Positions 15,053-28,149 of a DNA stretch of 64,000 nt are shown here, piece by piece (the stretch's first letter is position 1; the number at the start of each line of letters is the position of its first letter). The DNA lies in NCBI GenBank assembly GCA_050084515.1, contig CM114271.1, positions 45,322,001 to 45,386,000 on the forward strand, given 5' to 3'. The stretch comes from Blasia pusilla (lineage: Eukaryota). The notes below the pieces were generated by a model. That model saw only the letters and a list, made by a program, of their open reading frames with translations, did not search any database and was not told the origin of the DNA. The position numbers were made by a program, and so were the translations under genes.

Positions 15053-15990
15053 ATGGAGAGAAGGACAAAGATTGTATTTAAAATAGCCGCAAGTGATGTG
15101 AAAGATGTACAACTCCCACTCACTTTAGATTGTAAAGATTCAATGTTTCACCAAGAGGAGCGCTTGTCTCTTGGAATGTTGTCTGATTTAGAAATTGTAA
15201 GGAAATCCAATTACGAATTCCCTCCAGCTTGGATGACAGTAACAAAAGCTTAGATTCTCCATAACAAGTATCAATGTTGTACATATCCAACTTGCACTTA
15301 TGTTGGAAATAGGTGTAGTCCCTAATGTAGCTGAACTATTGAGCCTTGGAAAGACAATAAAGGAAGTATCGACCATGTTTGTGGTGATCACAAATTTGTT
15401 TGGAGGTGGCAATTCTTTTTGCAAAGTGTTAAGCTTGATGGTAGAGATATTATGGCTCACAATCTGCATTATCTTCCAAAATATATTATATGGCGGGGTG
15501 GCGATGTGCTTCTTGATGCGAGTGCTACAAATTTTGAATGTATGAGCATTGGCGAGCAAGTTGCTCGTGTTAGGATACAATCTGCTGATGTGTGGAGGTT
15601 GCTTGTGGAACACAAATCTGGTGTTTCCGATAGTGTTGTTCATGGAGCCAAGAGATATCTACTCTCTTTTTCCACATCCCTTCCATTAGTTATAAACATT
15701 TTCAATTCATCCCAACTTGCGGATGTTGGTGCAATTGTGGCTCTTGAGGAGGTGACAACTCACTTGAATATCGAAGGATCATTGCCAACGGTGGGTTAAT
15801 CTCGTCTAGTGTGTACAGATGAGGAAACACCTCTTCAATTGAGAATTGAATATGTGCACATACAAGGAAGGAAGTCTAAGACCTTATAGCTCTTGGTGAT
15901 GCTCTTAAAGAAGTAGAAGATTTGGAGAAAAGTCTGAGTGAAGTGGGAGGAAGAATGACTATTTTATCGGCTGAAATGGAAAATTTTCTT
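15053..15990 (+). pseudogene. Degenerate ORF of unknown function, convergent with the MULE transposase
   Basis: Consecutive + strand ORF fragments (15053-15253, 15300-15545, 15419-15799) linked by frameshifts; no recognised domain. Confidence 0.4.
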
Positions 15991-16599
15991 CATGTTTGAA
16001 GGCTAATAGGTCTATCAATAACATTTATGAAGTGTGCCCTTGTAAGTGAATGTGAAATGTAGGACTCATATTTTTGGAAGCGTAGATGATTGCCTCTAGA
16101 TAAGTGCCAATTTTTAAATAGCAACGAGACTATGCTTACAGAGACTAAAAAAGAGCTTTTAAAGTAGCAACATCCAAGTACCTTCATAATACCAACATAC
16201 ATGCAAAAATATGGAATTTTCATGACATTGTAAGGTGAACTTTACCAATTTTTCCTACAAATGTCTCATGTACAATCCAACCTCTGCCATTTAAATTTAT
16301 CAACAAGACCTTTATGCAAAAAGGATGTGAAGTCCTACTGATGACACATATAACGTATGTTAGAGAACACACAAGTGAAATTTGGGAGTGGAATATATAC
16401 CGCCATGAAGGTTATCGACATGCTGAACAATGTGACATAGTTAGACCATAAAAAATCCTGGAATTTTACAAAAATTGATTACATGTTTGGTCCTGTACAA
16501 TCCAACCATTGCAAATTAACAATAACCACTAGAGCCTTAGCCAAACCAGATGCTTCATCCAATCCCACTAAGGGCACACCTAGCCTATTGAGAAGGTCA

Positions 16600-18700
16600 T
16601 GAATGAACTTCAAATTCCTTCATGTTGATTCTTGCAAGGGTGACACTCTACACAATGCCTCTTCCTTCCCATTTTTGTTGTCAAAGCCTAACATTCCTAA
16701 CTTGCTAAGGAGGTTTGTTGTTTAAGAGATCAGAGTTGCATGCATAAGCTCCAAACCTTCCACTTACTTGTCTACTCTAGCTGAAGTTCATTCGGTTCGA
16801 TGGACTTGGTCCTCCCAACAGTCTAAATGCATCGCATCTTCCGATGGCATCCCCAAATGGTTCATCCATAGTTGGACAATTCTCTTGTCCATCAAAAACC
16901 GCCTTTGGAACTTCTCCCCCGACCCCTACATCCGAAGAGAAACGGAAAGTATGCATGAAAAAGTGCATTATGTAAGGCAATTTCACGCCGACTTGTTATT
17001 AGGCATAGGGTGCCTTCTAATACGCTATAGCAGCCACTGTCCGGCTGAGTATTAGCCATCGCATGTGAATTTCCACCATGATGGAAATTCACATGGTGGA
17101 AACCTCATGGTCGGATGGCTGTATGCATATGAATGTCAACATCCTCTTCATTCACAAAATCCTCACACGTAGGATAAGAAAATTCTTCATCGCCTTATTC
17201 CGATGTGTGTGAGTGGCCATGTCTTCAATCCAGAATGCCTCTATAACAATGTTGATCACACCGAATTGCAAGAAGGGGAGCTCGAACATCCCAAGATGGT
17301 ATAAGTTCATCACTCTTCACGACGGGTATGCTTGTTTTGTAGATCCTCTTGATGAAGTCATTGGTCTAGATTAATTGGATGAACAAGTTTCTCTGAGTCC
17401 ATTTCCGTGATCACATCTGAAGCCATTACATGTGTATAAGGCCAACGAGTATCTTGGAACTCAAGGCATGAGCAAGTGCACTTAGGTGCAATCTAACATG
17501 AAATTGATGTCTAGTAGTTGTTGAAGTCACAAGTGCATTTTTTTGCATTTGAGGCAAGTACTTCAAAACTCCGATAATTGGCTTTATTATTTCAAACACG
17601 AATAAGTGGGTAACTAATGAGGTTGTTCAACTTCCTTTCCCCTTGATCTTTGCGCCAAATTTGCATATTCAAAGCCTATAGCATGTCTTCCTCCCTACAC
17701 AATGCTTTGCTCTATAATTCAGCGAGCACAAAAACCGAGTGCAAACTCAAATTCATCAAAGTTTCAGAATGCTCGCTCAATTGTATCCGCTCTACATGTC
17801 TCATAACTACACTTAATGACCCCAATATTGTTAATCGGTCGTACTTTCTTTACTTCAAAATAACAGTCGAGGAAACTATTTCTCTAGCTTTCATTCTATC
17901 GACACAATATCCACGGTGGAGAATACTTTTCCGACTATATCTACAAAATTTTAAGTCAATTCCCCATTCGCTCAACAATTTATATGCCGTGGGGCTCCAT
18001 TCAGTCGACCATTTATCCATTGTGGGGGCTAATTGCATACAATAGGTAGGGCGCCCAAGCAAATAGACCTCGTAGATGCAATCTTACATTGTGTCGACCA
18101 TATATCTGCCATAATGGCTATTTCTAGACTTGTTAAGGCACATCGCCTACGAAGATAGAAATTTTGCAAGTAGCGAATGACCTTTATAGACTTAGTCCTC
18201 CACCAAAATAAAGGTTTCCTACATTCTCTTAGTCAAGCATCCACCACGGCACATACTTGTGCACCATGCTTTTGACCCTTACCACCTACTAACGCAATCC
18301 CTTTAGCTGTAACCCGCACAAGGGTTCACTTTCTTCCAAATTGAGGCCTTCTTGATTGGGATCATTCTTGGATGTGGACGATCTCAAGAACTCGAAAGCA
18401 GCCCAAGACTCTCTTGATAATGGGTTTCGTTCATAAGACCCACACTTCTCCTCTTAGCGTTATTACCAAATAATCCCTTGTCATCCATAGGACAATGATG
18501 TCTACTCCCGTCTAGACAATCATCAACCATAGATGAGAGTAGAGGATCTATGGGTAGCTTAATACTATTCATTCTACAAACCAAGAAGTGGTCTCGAAAC
18601 AATGAACAAGTGCCATACATTATCATGTTTAGGTCAGCATGACTCTTGAAGATCACGTGCCAAGCAACCGGACGACCTACCACCAAGTCGTAGTAATCCT
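16600..18700 (-). pseudogene. MuDR/MULE transposase remnant with SWIM zinc finger
   Basis: Manual translation: SWIM-like KCTCSCLEFQDTRWP(Y)THVMA at about 17483-17421; MULE-domain-like GIALVGGKG..QVCAVVD..LFWW and IAIMAD...PTYCMQ upstream. Confidence 0.7.
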
Positions 18701-21700
18701 CACTACAGATTCTCCTCTATCTTACCGTTGCTCTGTACAATAGCAACATAGAAAAACATTAGAAGGGACCGTTCGGAATCCGACATGGCATTGCCACAAA
18801 GGGCCACTCAAGCAAAAAATTTGGGGGGAGGGGCTCTCACTTGAGGAAAGTAGGCATGGGCCACTTAAGCAAATATCTCCATTCTATTCATATTTTGTCA
18901 TGGACCACAAAGAATAAAGCAATTCCCAATCCGTTCTAGTTTCTATACTATGACAACATTCACCACATCTAATATATCCACCAAAAGTTAATTAAGGATC
19001 CGACCATGCGAGAGAAATGGAATAATTGATGACAATGGTACAACTCATTAGGTTCCTGTTTTACAAAACTGCATAATATTTATTGGCTATCTTTAATACC
19101 ACAATAACAAAATTTATGCAAAATAACAAAATTTCCAAACGCGCGTGGGTTTAGGTTGGGATTTTTGGGGACATAAGTACATGTACCTTGTACGAAGTTC
19201 TAGAACCATAAATCAATTTGGGGAGAGATGATATAACTATCCGACATGTTAAGGGAATAAAGAGGGAAGAACATCCAAGTTCACATAAAATAAAATAAAA
19301 AAGGAAAATATTTTCCAATGAGTTTTAACGTTTCTCTAGACAATCGACACCTAGTTTGTACAAAACAATTAACTTTCACTCTAGTGGTTTTGTGTGTGCT
19401 ATGAAAGTTGGGTGTTTCTCGTAACCCGCGCTGGCTTAGCTATGGACAGTTCTTCGCACGTGTTATTTGTCCTAGGAGGAGCCATTTATTTGTTTTGTTT
19501 ACAATTATAGCGGAATGTTTAGTGAGACATTATGGTAAGAAAAAAAGATCGTGCGATTAAAAAATGGATTTAGAAAACCCTTCTTTATTATAAACACGTG
19601 TCTTTTGGGGGGTTTTATAGTGTCAACATATGTCAATTTGAGATTTTTTAATAAAATTCAAATAAAAGAAAATAAGACACACAAATTTAATCTGAAGAGT
19701 TGTCATCCTGTACACGGGCAGCACTCTAATTTGATATTAATCACGTTTAGTTAATATCGAAGAGAATTTGAAATTTTGGTTTTTCAAGTCAAGTGTTATA
19801 CGATCGAGGAGTTGGAAAGTAACGTACAAAGGGTGCATTCTTTATTATTTCTCGAGTTGGCTGGAAACATTCGTTCTGTCATTGGAGTCGTCGGAATTAT
19901 TCGTCTAAAAAATCTAAAGAAAACCAAATCTTTTTCACCAGAAGTTCTCGGCATGAAATATGTAACCGTGATTTCCACCACGATGACATGGCCATGAATA
20001 AAACTTGGGTAAAATTTTCATGCCGTGTTCCCCCCAATGGAAAACGTTCTCCATCTTTTACGTCCAAGCACACTCACTAGTTAAACGAATCACCAGGTGG
20101 GCTAAGCAACGATTGCTTTTCTGAGAATCTAAGAGAACGGAGAGTACGTGTGTCGCGCGGCTCCCTACACGTATACACCCCTCACGAATATACGAGAGAT
20201 CGCGTGTACGGAATTCCGAGTGAGCCCTGAGAAGAAGAAGCCGCGCGAAGAGTGTAAAGGTGGAATGAGCTGCTGATACCTTTCCCTGGCCTTGTTTGCG
20301 GCGGAGGACGCTCCCGCAAGTGTACACTCTGGCATCAGAGGGGAAAGCTTGATAGCCTTAGCTTTGCGAGCCTGTTAATACTGAGGGGGGAAGCTTCAAA
20401 GAAGAGTGCAGTGGGAATATGCCGAATACACACACTCCCAGCCGCTGTTACGCTGTACGCTCCTTCTTCCGTGGATTCATGTGGTACGCTTTACCGGTGC
20501 TTGCTCTTGTCCAATGGATCAAATCCTCCAATATCTCGTTGTGGATTCGCAACTCCGGGGCTGTTGGGAATGAAAGATGTCACGTGGAACTGATTGTTGC
20601 TCTATAATTGGATGATTAACTCCGACGACAGCAATTGCGGCCCCAAGAATCGGTCAATAGTGGATCCCAACCCCACCTTCACTTCCAGTGGTCAGCGCAA
20701 CATATGATTTCACAGCGATTAGCGCTAGAGCTTAGTGACTGGTCGCGGACTCGCGGAGTGTTGGGAGAGGACGGTTCCAAAGATGTCGGCTTATGTTCAT
20801 CTCATTAATGAAAAACAAGGCCTGCATCAAAGGGTGATGGGGAGGGGAGAACCCATCAAAAGCGCAGAAGGAGTCCGAAAGCCACAGTGGGGCTGGGTTA
20901 AAGGCAAAAGGTACTCTCCTTCCATGCTAATTTGCTAAATTCGCAAACCGCAAAGACCGTATTCGCTACGTCCGGAGAGACTAGGCTACCATTAAGAGGG
21001 TTTCTAACAATGGCGTCTCCTACGGACCGTCTAGAAGATTCATTGGTTGGCTTGTAGCGTCGAAAGTATGGAAACCCGTTGCCAGGAAGGGAGAAACCCG
21101 AAGAGCCGGACGATTTAGGGACGCGACTACAGCGCACGTCATGTGGCTGTTCTTCACTCGAGAAAATTTGAGGCGAGTGGTGGATCCGGCGTTGAAATGG
21201 AGTCCCATGCCTCCGATGTCCGATCGCCATTCGCGGGGATGATCAGCGATGATAATGATAAGGCGCAGCGCGTCTTAGCGGTACGACTTTACACTTTTCC
21301 CGGTCCCTTTCGCAACTCGAGAGTGCATGAAAACAAGGAGAGGGCTGTAAGGAGATCGGTCTAAAACAAAGTCCGCAGGCGTTCCTACAGCGGCAGAGGA
21401 GATTTCGCCCGCAGAAAAAGACGTGGGAGGTGGTGAAACGCTGGAAGCCCGAGAGAAGCTTGCGCAGGCCATTGGAAAAGGGCGATCAGTGTCTGTGCGA
21501 TGACACTTCACAAGCCATCGGATTCGGACGATGGGGGAAAAGCGATCTAGGAACACGGGACGGAGAGAGCGGTGACACATTGTGAAGACACCCTGGGAGA
21601 GTTGGCAAGCGCGCGCGTGGGAAAGCGCAAGGGAATGTTGCGCAATCGACCAGAAGGTCGAAAACGCACGATGAGACATTTTGGCTCAGCGCAAGTGGCC

Positions 21701-22896
21701 CAAACCCGGGCACGACACAGATGCTGCACCTTTACAAAGCTTCGGATGCAAAGATGCGGGCGGCGAGATCGGCTGCCACGACACGAACCTTCATCAGCCC
21801 TGAGCTGTGAGGCCAGATCGTCGCGTTAAGAATGATCATTTCTCATCGACCTCATTACCGATTCCAAGCATGCGGTGTGCTTCCTGTCACCGGCTGTCTG
21901 CAAAGCAAAACCCGTCGAAAGAAACCCTAAATCAAACAACTCTAACATGGAGGGAAACCGCAGCTGCACTTTGTCGTTTCTTCAGGAACTCTCCTGGGAA
22001 ATGGGGAGTAACCAACTCGTTCCGTTTGGCTTCAATCAATAGGAGGGGATCATCCGGAGGACGGGTCCTACCGGCGCCGGTGTTTTAATGTGACTGCGTC
22101 AAGTGCCGGGAATGACAAGGTTTTTCTTACATGAATACTAGCTTCTCAATATCACTATCACCCGTGTGATATTCAAATTTTAAAATGCATATGATATTTT
22201 TTTCCTCACTTTAATTGAACTTCCTCTTATAGTGACATGTGTTAGTCTTCTAACACATTTAATCTTTTTTTAATTATATAACAAGTGTACGGTCATAATT
22301 AGTAAGTTTTGAGTAGTAGGGAAACTTCAATTGGATAATACCGGTTGGTAATTAATACTAGGCATGCCATGGTGTGAACATATTATAACAGCCTTGAGGT
22401 TTTGACTTTTTGAGTCCCCCTCTTTTGTACTTCCGATGGGTTTTCCATCACGCGTTTTTATCGAAATGCATCATTCTTTCTTATAATAGTTAATGGTGCT
22501 TTTGTGTGGTTTGTTGTATTGTGTATGTAATGATCATATTTTATGTTGAAAATTTGGAGTCACGAAATTGTGGGAGAATTTTTTGCAATGGATTGGGAAG
22601 CAAGATAAGTATGAACTTAAGATGTGATAAGATTTATAGTGTACAATTATGTAAAAATTTGACATAATGGCTTATTTTAATGACATACTTTGACATACAT
22701 AGTTAGCGAGAGCTACAGAGTAGTATTATGTTGTTTAAGTACTACTGAAGAAAACAATGAGCGATAAATAGAGTATATGGTATTGAAAAGTGTAAACTAG
22801 AAACATGTCATAGCACACATTTTAAGTGATAGATAGTTCAGTGTTGTTTAAGGAGAGCAGTGGTTGAAATATTGTAGATTGCAAGTGTATGAAAAT

Positions 22897-23024
22897 TGTC
22901 GTCCGCATACACATCGTTACACAACAAACATCGATGTCGACAAACATACACACAAACACGCACGATCCCATGCTAAGTCATGGTATCCAAATAACGAGAC
23001 AAGAAATACCAAAATATCTCCAAT
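22897..23024 (-). repeat. Copy 1 terminal repeat Y (128 bp)
   Basis: Direct repeat of 23532-23659, 25601-25728 and 26245-26376. Confidence 0.92.
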
Positions 23025-23529
23025 TAAAATAGGATCCAATCTCTCTCAACACCATAACTCTCAAATGTGTGCACTCTCACATGTCTCTTTCAATGTCAAA
23101 TCAAACCCACTTCTCCGAATGAGAGGCTTTACACTCACAAGACAAGCAAGACCATAGCTCTTCCGCCTCATGTCAAGAAGTTCAACAAAGATAGAATGAG
23201 CTCTCAAGCTCTCTCTCTCTCCTTGAGGTACACCCCCTTCCCTCTCCCAAGCTCTCTTCTCGATAATCTATGCTCGCAGGTCACCTCCTTGGCTCTTGAC
23301 CTGCTGTAGCGGGTCAAGGGCCACTTCCCAAAGTAGAAAGTCAACTCTACCAAATATAACTTACCCAAAATACTTCGTTTCGGCTCCAAATGATCCAAAA
23401 CAAAGGGAAAATCTGCTCTCAGATTTCCCGGGACCTCAACAACTCATCCTCGACCTCTTGAGTCTGTCCTCCCCTACTCGAGAAGGCGCTCTATCTGATC
23501 TCTCCGATCTATCCTAGAAATTCGTGAAA
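23025..23529 (-). repeat. Copy 1 LTR-like repeat X (about 505 bp)
   Basis: Homologous to 25728-26242 and 34979-35492. Confidence 0.92.
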
Positions 23530-23531
23530 AT

Positions 23532-23659
23532 TATCGTGCGCATACTCATCTTGACACAACATACATCGTTGTCGACAAACATACACACAAATACGCACGA
23601 TCCCATGCTAACTCATGGCATCCCAAAAACGAGACAAGAAGTACCAAAATATCTCCAAT
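23532..23659 (-). repeat. Copy 1 internal repeat Y'
   Basis: Second copy of Y, separated from X by 2 nt (AT). Confidence 0.9.
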
Positions 23660-23830
23660 CGCCACCATAGTTGGTGGTTAGGTCCCTCTAAATCCAGATA
23701 GCCATCTATCCCTACCTACTATGACATACATCTCTCGCACGCTAAGAGCAAAAAGGCAGGGTGCTCATGTGGCCCCATCGTTAGTCGCCTTCTTGTCATC
23801 CATGTCACAAACACAAGTCGGAATCTACAA

Positions 23831-25070
23831 CTACCTACCCTTTGTACATGTGGGACACATCCATCGTCCCTCAAGAACCGTAGTGAGAGGTATCGTTAGA
23901 CATGCCATATGCCACCCTCTCGAACACCCATCATAGACTAGCATAATGGATGCACCACATGCGGAACCACACAACATACATCGCAATCTTATAGGAACTA
24001 CTGCTAAGCTCTGATCAATTGTACCGTCAATGTTAGGAAGGTGACATGGTGCACAGTTACGCATATGGTTCTTCCAAACCATACCATCGCGTCGCTCTAA
24101 TAAGAGAACACCTGAAGGCAAAATCTCATGCACTCTCATGCGCTCTGCAATCACATACAACGTGGTGGGTGCCGTCTGCTGCAAGTAGACATAGTCTCCT
24201 TGATGAAACCTCCGGATAGTAGCTCGATAATCACCTCCTCCAATAAACGCATACCTCAATGTATCCCGATGCTGCGTAATCGCCAAGTTCTCAAACGCCA
24301 TGGGCATCACTCTCGAAATAACTCAGCCCTCTGAGAACATGCTCGCATCCATATATCAAGGTCATCTAGGTTCAACACCTCACCAACATCTCGACGAATG
24401 GCCGTAGATTAATCTGGCTCTCGGCCATAAAGCAGCAAGCATGGTGAGAAAGATGCTAAGGATGCTTGCCTGCTGAATCTGTATCCCATCGCCAAGCACC
24501 GCAACTCAAGGTCCTAGGTGACCTCTCTGCAAGCCATACTTGCGTAATCCTCTCGTCATCGTTTGCACAACCCTCTCTGCTAGTCCATCCGCCTCAAGAT
24601 GATCTTCGGAAGTGGTGCGGTGGTCGATCAGTGCCTGATCACATAAGGCGTGAAACTCCTCGCAAAACTCTGTACCGTGGTTTGTCAACACCTTAGCTGG
24701 TATACCGTAATGACTTAGCACTCAATCTAGGAAGGCATACGCTACACCCTCACTTGCTTTGTCAAGCAATGCAACCAACTCTATCCACTTAGAGAAGTGC
24801 TCGACCATCCCCAATACATAACGACTATGGCGCTCCATCAAAAGCAAAGGTCCTTCAAAATCCAAAACCCATCTATAACCTAAACGATGCTCGGACTCGA
24901 TCACACACCATGCACCTGGCAACAAACTTTTGAACGTCAGTCTGCATGCCTTGCCACCAATATTGTATTTGGAGCAAGTTGTACGTCCGCTTCACTCTGA
25001 AATGACCCAACTCCTCGTGGGCATGACACACCAAGCGTGCTCTTTGCGAAGTATGAGGCACTACACGCAC
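23831..25070 (-). pseudogene. Copy 1 integrase (HHCC + DDE core) with C-terminal PHD finger
   Basis: HAHEELGH..YWWQGM..CMVC; RWVLDF; VLTNHGTEF; ADGLAER; CMLC..(Y)DGC.RGWHMACL..GRWMCPTC. Confidence 0.92.
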
Positions 25071-25600
25071 TTTTCCATCCTCCCAAACTCAAAATGTATG
25101 TATCCCCTCCCATCGGAATCGTCTGGCTTGTTGTAAGATCCAATCCCCCTCTCTAGCACCCATTGTGCTCACAACGTTGCTACTATGCAAGTAATCCAAG
25201 ACCACTCCATCGTCGTGAATGTCTCGGCCACCTGTTGTTTCCTCAATAGCCTATGGATCTAAGGACTCTCCATCAGACCTCGCTATCAAAGTCTCAGCAA
25301 TGTTGCTCTCCATAGCCAACAAGCCCAAATAGGCTGACGCGTGCCATCGTGACACCAACTCCTCATCACTCTTACCATGCCAACGAGCTCCAATCGCATC
25401 TCGCTAACTCGGGATTAAGTCTCAAACCATCTGCATCCTGGTTGAGCATCCCATGTCTATGCACCACCTGGAAGTCATTCTCGTCCAACAAAAGAGCCCA
25501 CCTCGCAAGCTTCCCTATAAGCTTGTCGGACTCCATGAACCACTTAAGTGACTGATGATCACTAATCATGGTAAAAGGATTGCCGAATAAATAACATATG

Positions 25601-25728
25601 TGTTGTGCGCATACACATCATTATAAAACATGCATCACTATCACCGAACACACACACAAACACGCAAGATCCCATGCTAACTCATGGGATCCAAACAACG
25701 AGACAAGAAGTACCAAAATATCTCCAAT
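25601..25728 (-). repeat. Copy 2 terminal repeat Y
   Basis: TGTTGTGCGCATACAC...AAAATATCTCCAAT, repeated at 26245-26376. Confidence 0.93.
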
Positions 25729-26242
25729 AAAGTAAGATCCAATCTCTCTCTACACCATCTCACACCATACTTCTCAAAGGTATGGACTCTCTCTCATATC
25801 AAACCAAACCCACTCTCCTAATGAGAGGCTTGGGTTACACTCACAAGGCAAGAGACCATAGCTCCTCCGCCTTATGCCAAGAGGTTCAACAAACAGAGAA
25901 TGAGCTCTCAAGCTCTCTCTCCTTGAGGTATACCCCTCCCTTCTCCCAAGCTCTCTCCATGGTAACCTATTCTCCCAAGTCACCTCCTCGGCTTTTGACC
26001 TGATGTAGGAGGTCAAGGGACACTTACCAAAAAATAGAAAGTTGATAATATGCTCAAAATAGTACTTACCTAAAATAGTAAGTTTCTCAATATGGCTCCA
26101 AATGAGCCGAAACGAAGGGGAAACCTACTCTCTGAGGTTTCCCGAGGCCTCAATAGGTCATCCTCGACCTACTGAGCTTGTCCTCCACTACTCACGAAGG
26201 CGCTCTACTAGATCTCACCGATCTATCCTAAAAAATATGACA
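25728..26242 (-). repeat. Copy 2 3' LTR-like repeat X
   Basis: TAAAGTAAGATCC...TATGACA; about 16 differences from 34979-35492 over the first ~210 bp (manual count). Confidence 0.95.
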
Positions 26243-26244
26243 GT

Positions 26245-26376
26245 TGTCGTGCGCATACACATCGCTACACAACATATACATATCGTTGTCACCGAACACA
26301 CACACAAACACACACGATCCCATGCTAACTCATGGCATCCAAAAAACGAGACAAGAAGCACCAAAATATCTCTAAT
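26245..26376 (-). repeat. Copy 2 internal repeat Y'
   Basis: TGTCGTGCGCATACAC...ATCTCTAAT, separated from X by GT; preceded on the sense strand by a PPT-like TAGGGGAGCG (26386-26377). Confidence 0.92.
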
Positions 26377-26559
26377 CGCTCCCCTAGTTGATGGTTAAGT
26401 CCCTCTAACTCAAGATAGCCATATATCCCTACCTACCATGACATACATCTCTCGGACGCTAAGAGCAAGAAGGTCGGGTGCTCATGTGGCCCCATTATTA
26501 GTCGCCTTCTTGTCATCCATGTCACAGACACAAGTCGGAATGCAGAACTACCTACTCTA

Positions 26560-26700
26560 TGTACATCTGGGACACATCCATCGTCCCTGAGGAACCCTAG
26601 TGACAGGTGGCGTCAAACATGCCATATGCGATCCTCTCGAACACCCATCACAGATTAGCATCGTGGCCGCACCACAGGCAGAACCACACAACATACAACG
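26560..26700 (-). pseudogene. PHD finger (C4HC3) at the integrase C-terminus, copy 2
   Basis: Manual translation RCMLCGSACGAATMLICDGCSRGSHMACLTPPVTRVPQGRWMCPRCT. Confidence 0.92.
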
Positions 26701-26759
26701 CAAGCCTGCAGGAACTATTGCTAAGCTCGGATCTTATGTACCATCAATGTCAGGAAGGT

Positions 26760-27860
26760 GACATGGCGCCCAGTTACGCACATGGTCCTTTCATACCATA
26801 CCATCGCGTTCCTCCAGCAAGAGAACACCGGATGGCAAAACGTCACGCACTCTCAAGATAGTGCGCCCTGCCGTCATATCCAACGTGGTCGGTGGCGTCT
26901 GTTGCAAGTAGACATAATCTCCTTGATGAAACCTCCAAATAGTTGGTCGATAACCACCACCCCAAATAGTCGCATACCTCAACGTATCCCAATGTTGCGC
27001 AATCACCAAATTCTCGAATGCCATGGGCATCACTCTTCGAAAGAACTCAGCCCTCTGAGAACATGCTCGCATCCATACATCAGGGTCATCAAGGTCCAGC
27101 ACCTTACCAGCATCTCGATGAATGGCCGCAGGTAAATCTGGCTCTTGGCCATAAAGTAGAAAGTACGGTGGAAAAGATGCTAAGGATGCCTTCCTGCTTA
27201 ATCTGTATCCCATCGCCAACCATGGCAATTGGAGGTCCCAATCTCCTAGTGGACCTATCTACAAGCCATACTTGCGTAAACCCCTCTTCACCGTCTGCAC
27301 AACTCTATCCGCTAATCCATCCGCCTCAGGATGATCTCGCAAAGTCATGCGGTGGTAGATCAGCGCCTGATCACACAAGGCCTAAAACTCACCGCGAAAC
27401 TCGGTACCTTGGTCTGTCAACACCTCAGCCGATGCGCCATAATGACTCAACACTCTATCAAGGAAGCCATAAGATACTCCCTCACTCGCTTTGTTAGGCA
27501 ATGCAACCAACTCAATCCACGTCGAGAAGTGCTCGACCATCACCAACACATAACGACTGTGACGCTCCGTCAAAGGCAAAGGTCGTGCCAAATCCAAACT
27601 CCATCTATACCCTAAGCCCATGATTGGTAATGGATGCAACTGTGGAGTCGGAGCATTGAATGATGCTCGCACCCGATCACATACCATGCACCTGACAACA
27701 AACTGTTGAACGTCAGTGTGCATGCCTCGCCATCAATATTGAATCCGGAGCAAGCTGTACGTCCGCTTCACCCCAAAGTGACCCAACTCCTCGTGGGCAT
27801 GCTACACTAGTCGTGCTCTCTGCAAAGGATGCGGCACTACGCGTACTTTGCCATCCTTCC
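26760..27860 (-). pseudogene. Copy 2 integrase
   Basis: CMVCDRVR..LHPLPI..RWSLDL..VMVEHFS..VLTDQGTEFRGEF; PPYFLLYGQEP. Confidence 0.95.
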
Positions 27861-28149
27861 AAACCCTCAAAACATGTGTCCCCTCCCAACGGAACCGTCT
27901 AGCCCGCTGTAGGATCCGATCCCGCTCTCTAGCACCCACGGTGCTCGCAAGGCTGCCAGTACAAAGGTACTCCAAGACTACTCCATCATCATGAATATCT
28001 CGGCCATTTTTCGTCTCCTCACTGACCTTGGGATCCAAGGGCTCTCCATAGCCAACATGCCTAAATAGGCTGACGCGTGCCATCTTGGCACTGACTCCTC
28101 ATCACTCTCTCCATGCCATCGAGCTCCAAACGCATCTTGCTCGACTCAA

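Larger units (their letters stand above)
14770..18870. mobile_element. Degenerate Mutator-like (MULE) element with diverged inverted repeats
   Basis: MULE transposase remnant on the minus strand. CTTAGGTGTCCCCTTGGCCTACTTTCCT (from 14770) is inverted relative to AGGAAAGTAGGCATGGGCCACTTAAG (about 18844-18869), with a 12-bp exact core. Confidence 0.55.
22897..25600 (-). mobile_element. Ty3/gypsy element copy 1, 3' part (terminal repeats, PHD, integrase, end of RNase H)
   Basis: Starts with TGTCGT; repeats Y-X-Y; integrase and PHD fragments; interrupted at 25600 by copy 2. Confidence 0.92.

Noticed and set aside
15188-15643. 151-aa minus-strand ORF
   Set aside because: Most likely the antisense shadow of the decayed + strand ORF
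19400-22100. GC-richer island with many short ORFs
   Set aside because: No recognisable domain, consistent exon chain or known miRNA/ncRNA sequence
22885-22900. Left flank TATGAAAAT of copy 1 resembles the internal X-nn-Y junction
   Set aside because: Only about 9 bp of AT-rich similarity and no X homology further left. The other end of copy 1 is lost, so a TSD cannot be tested.
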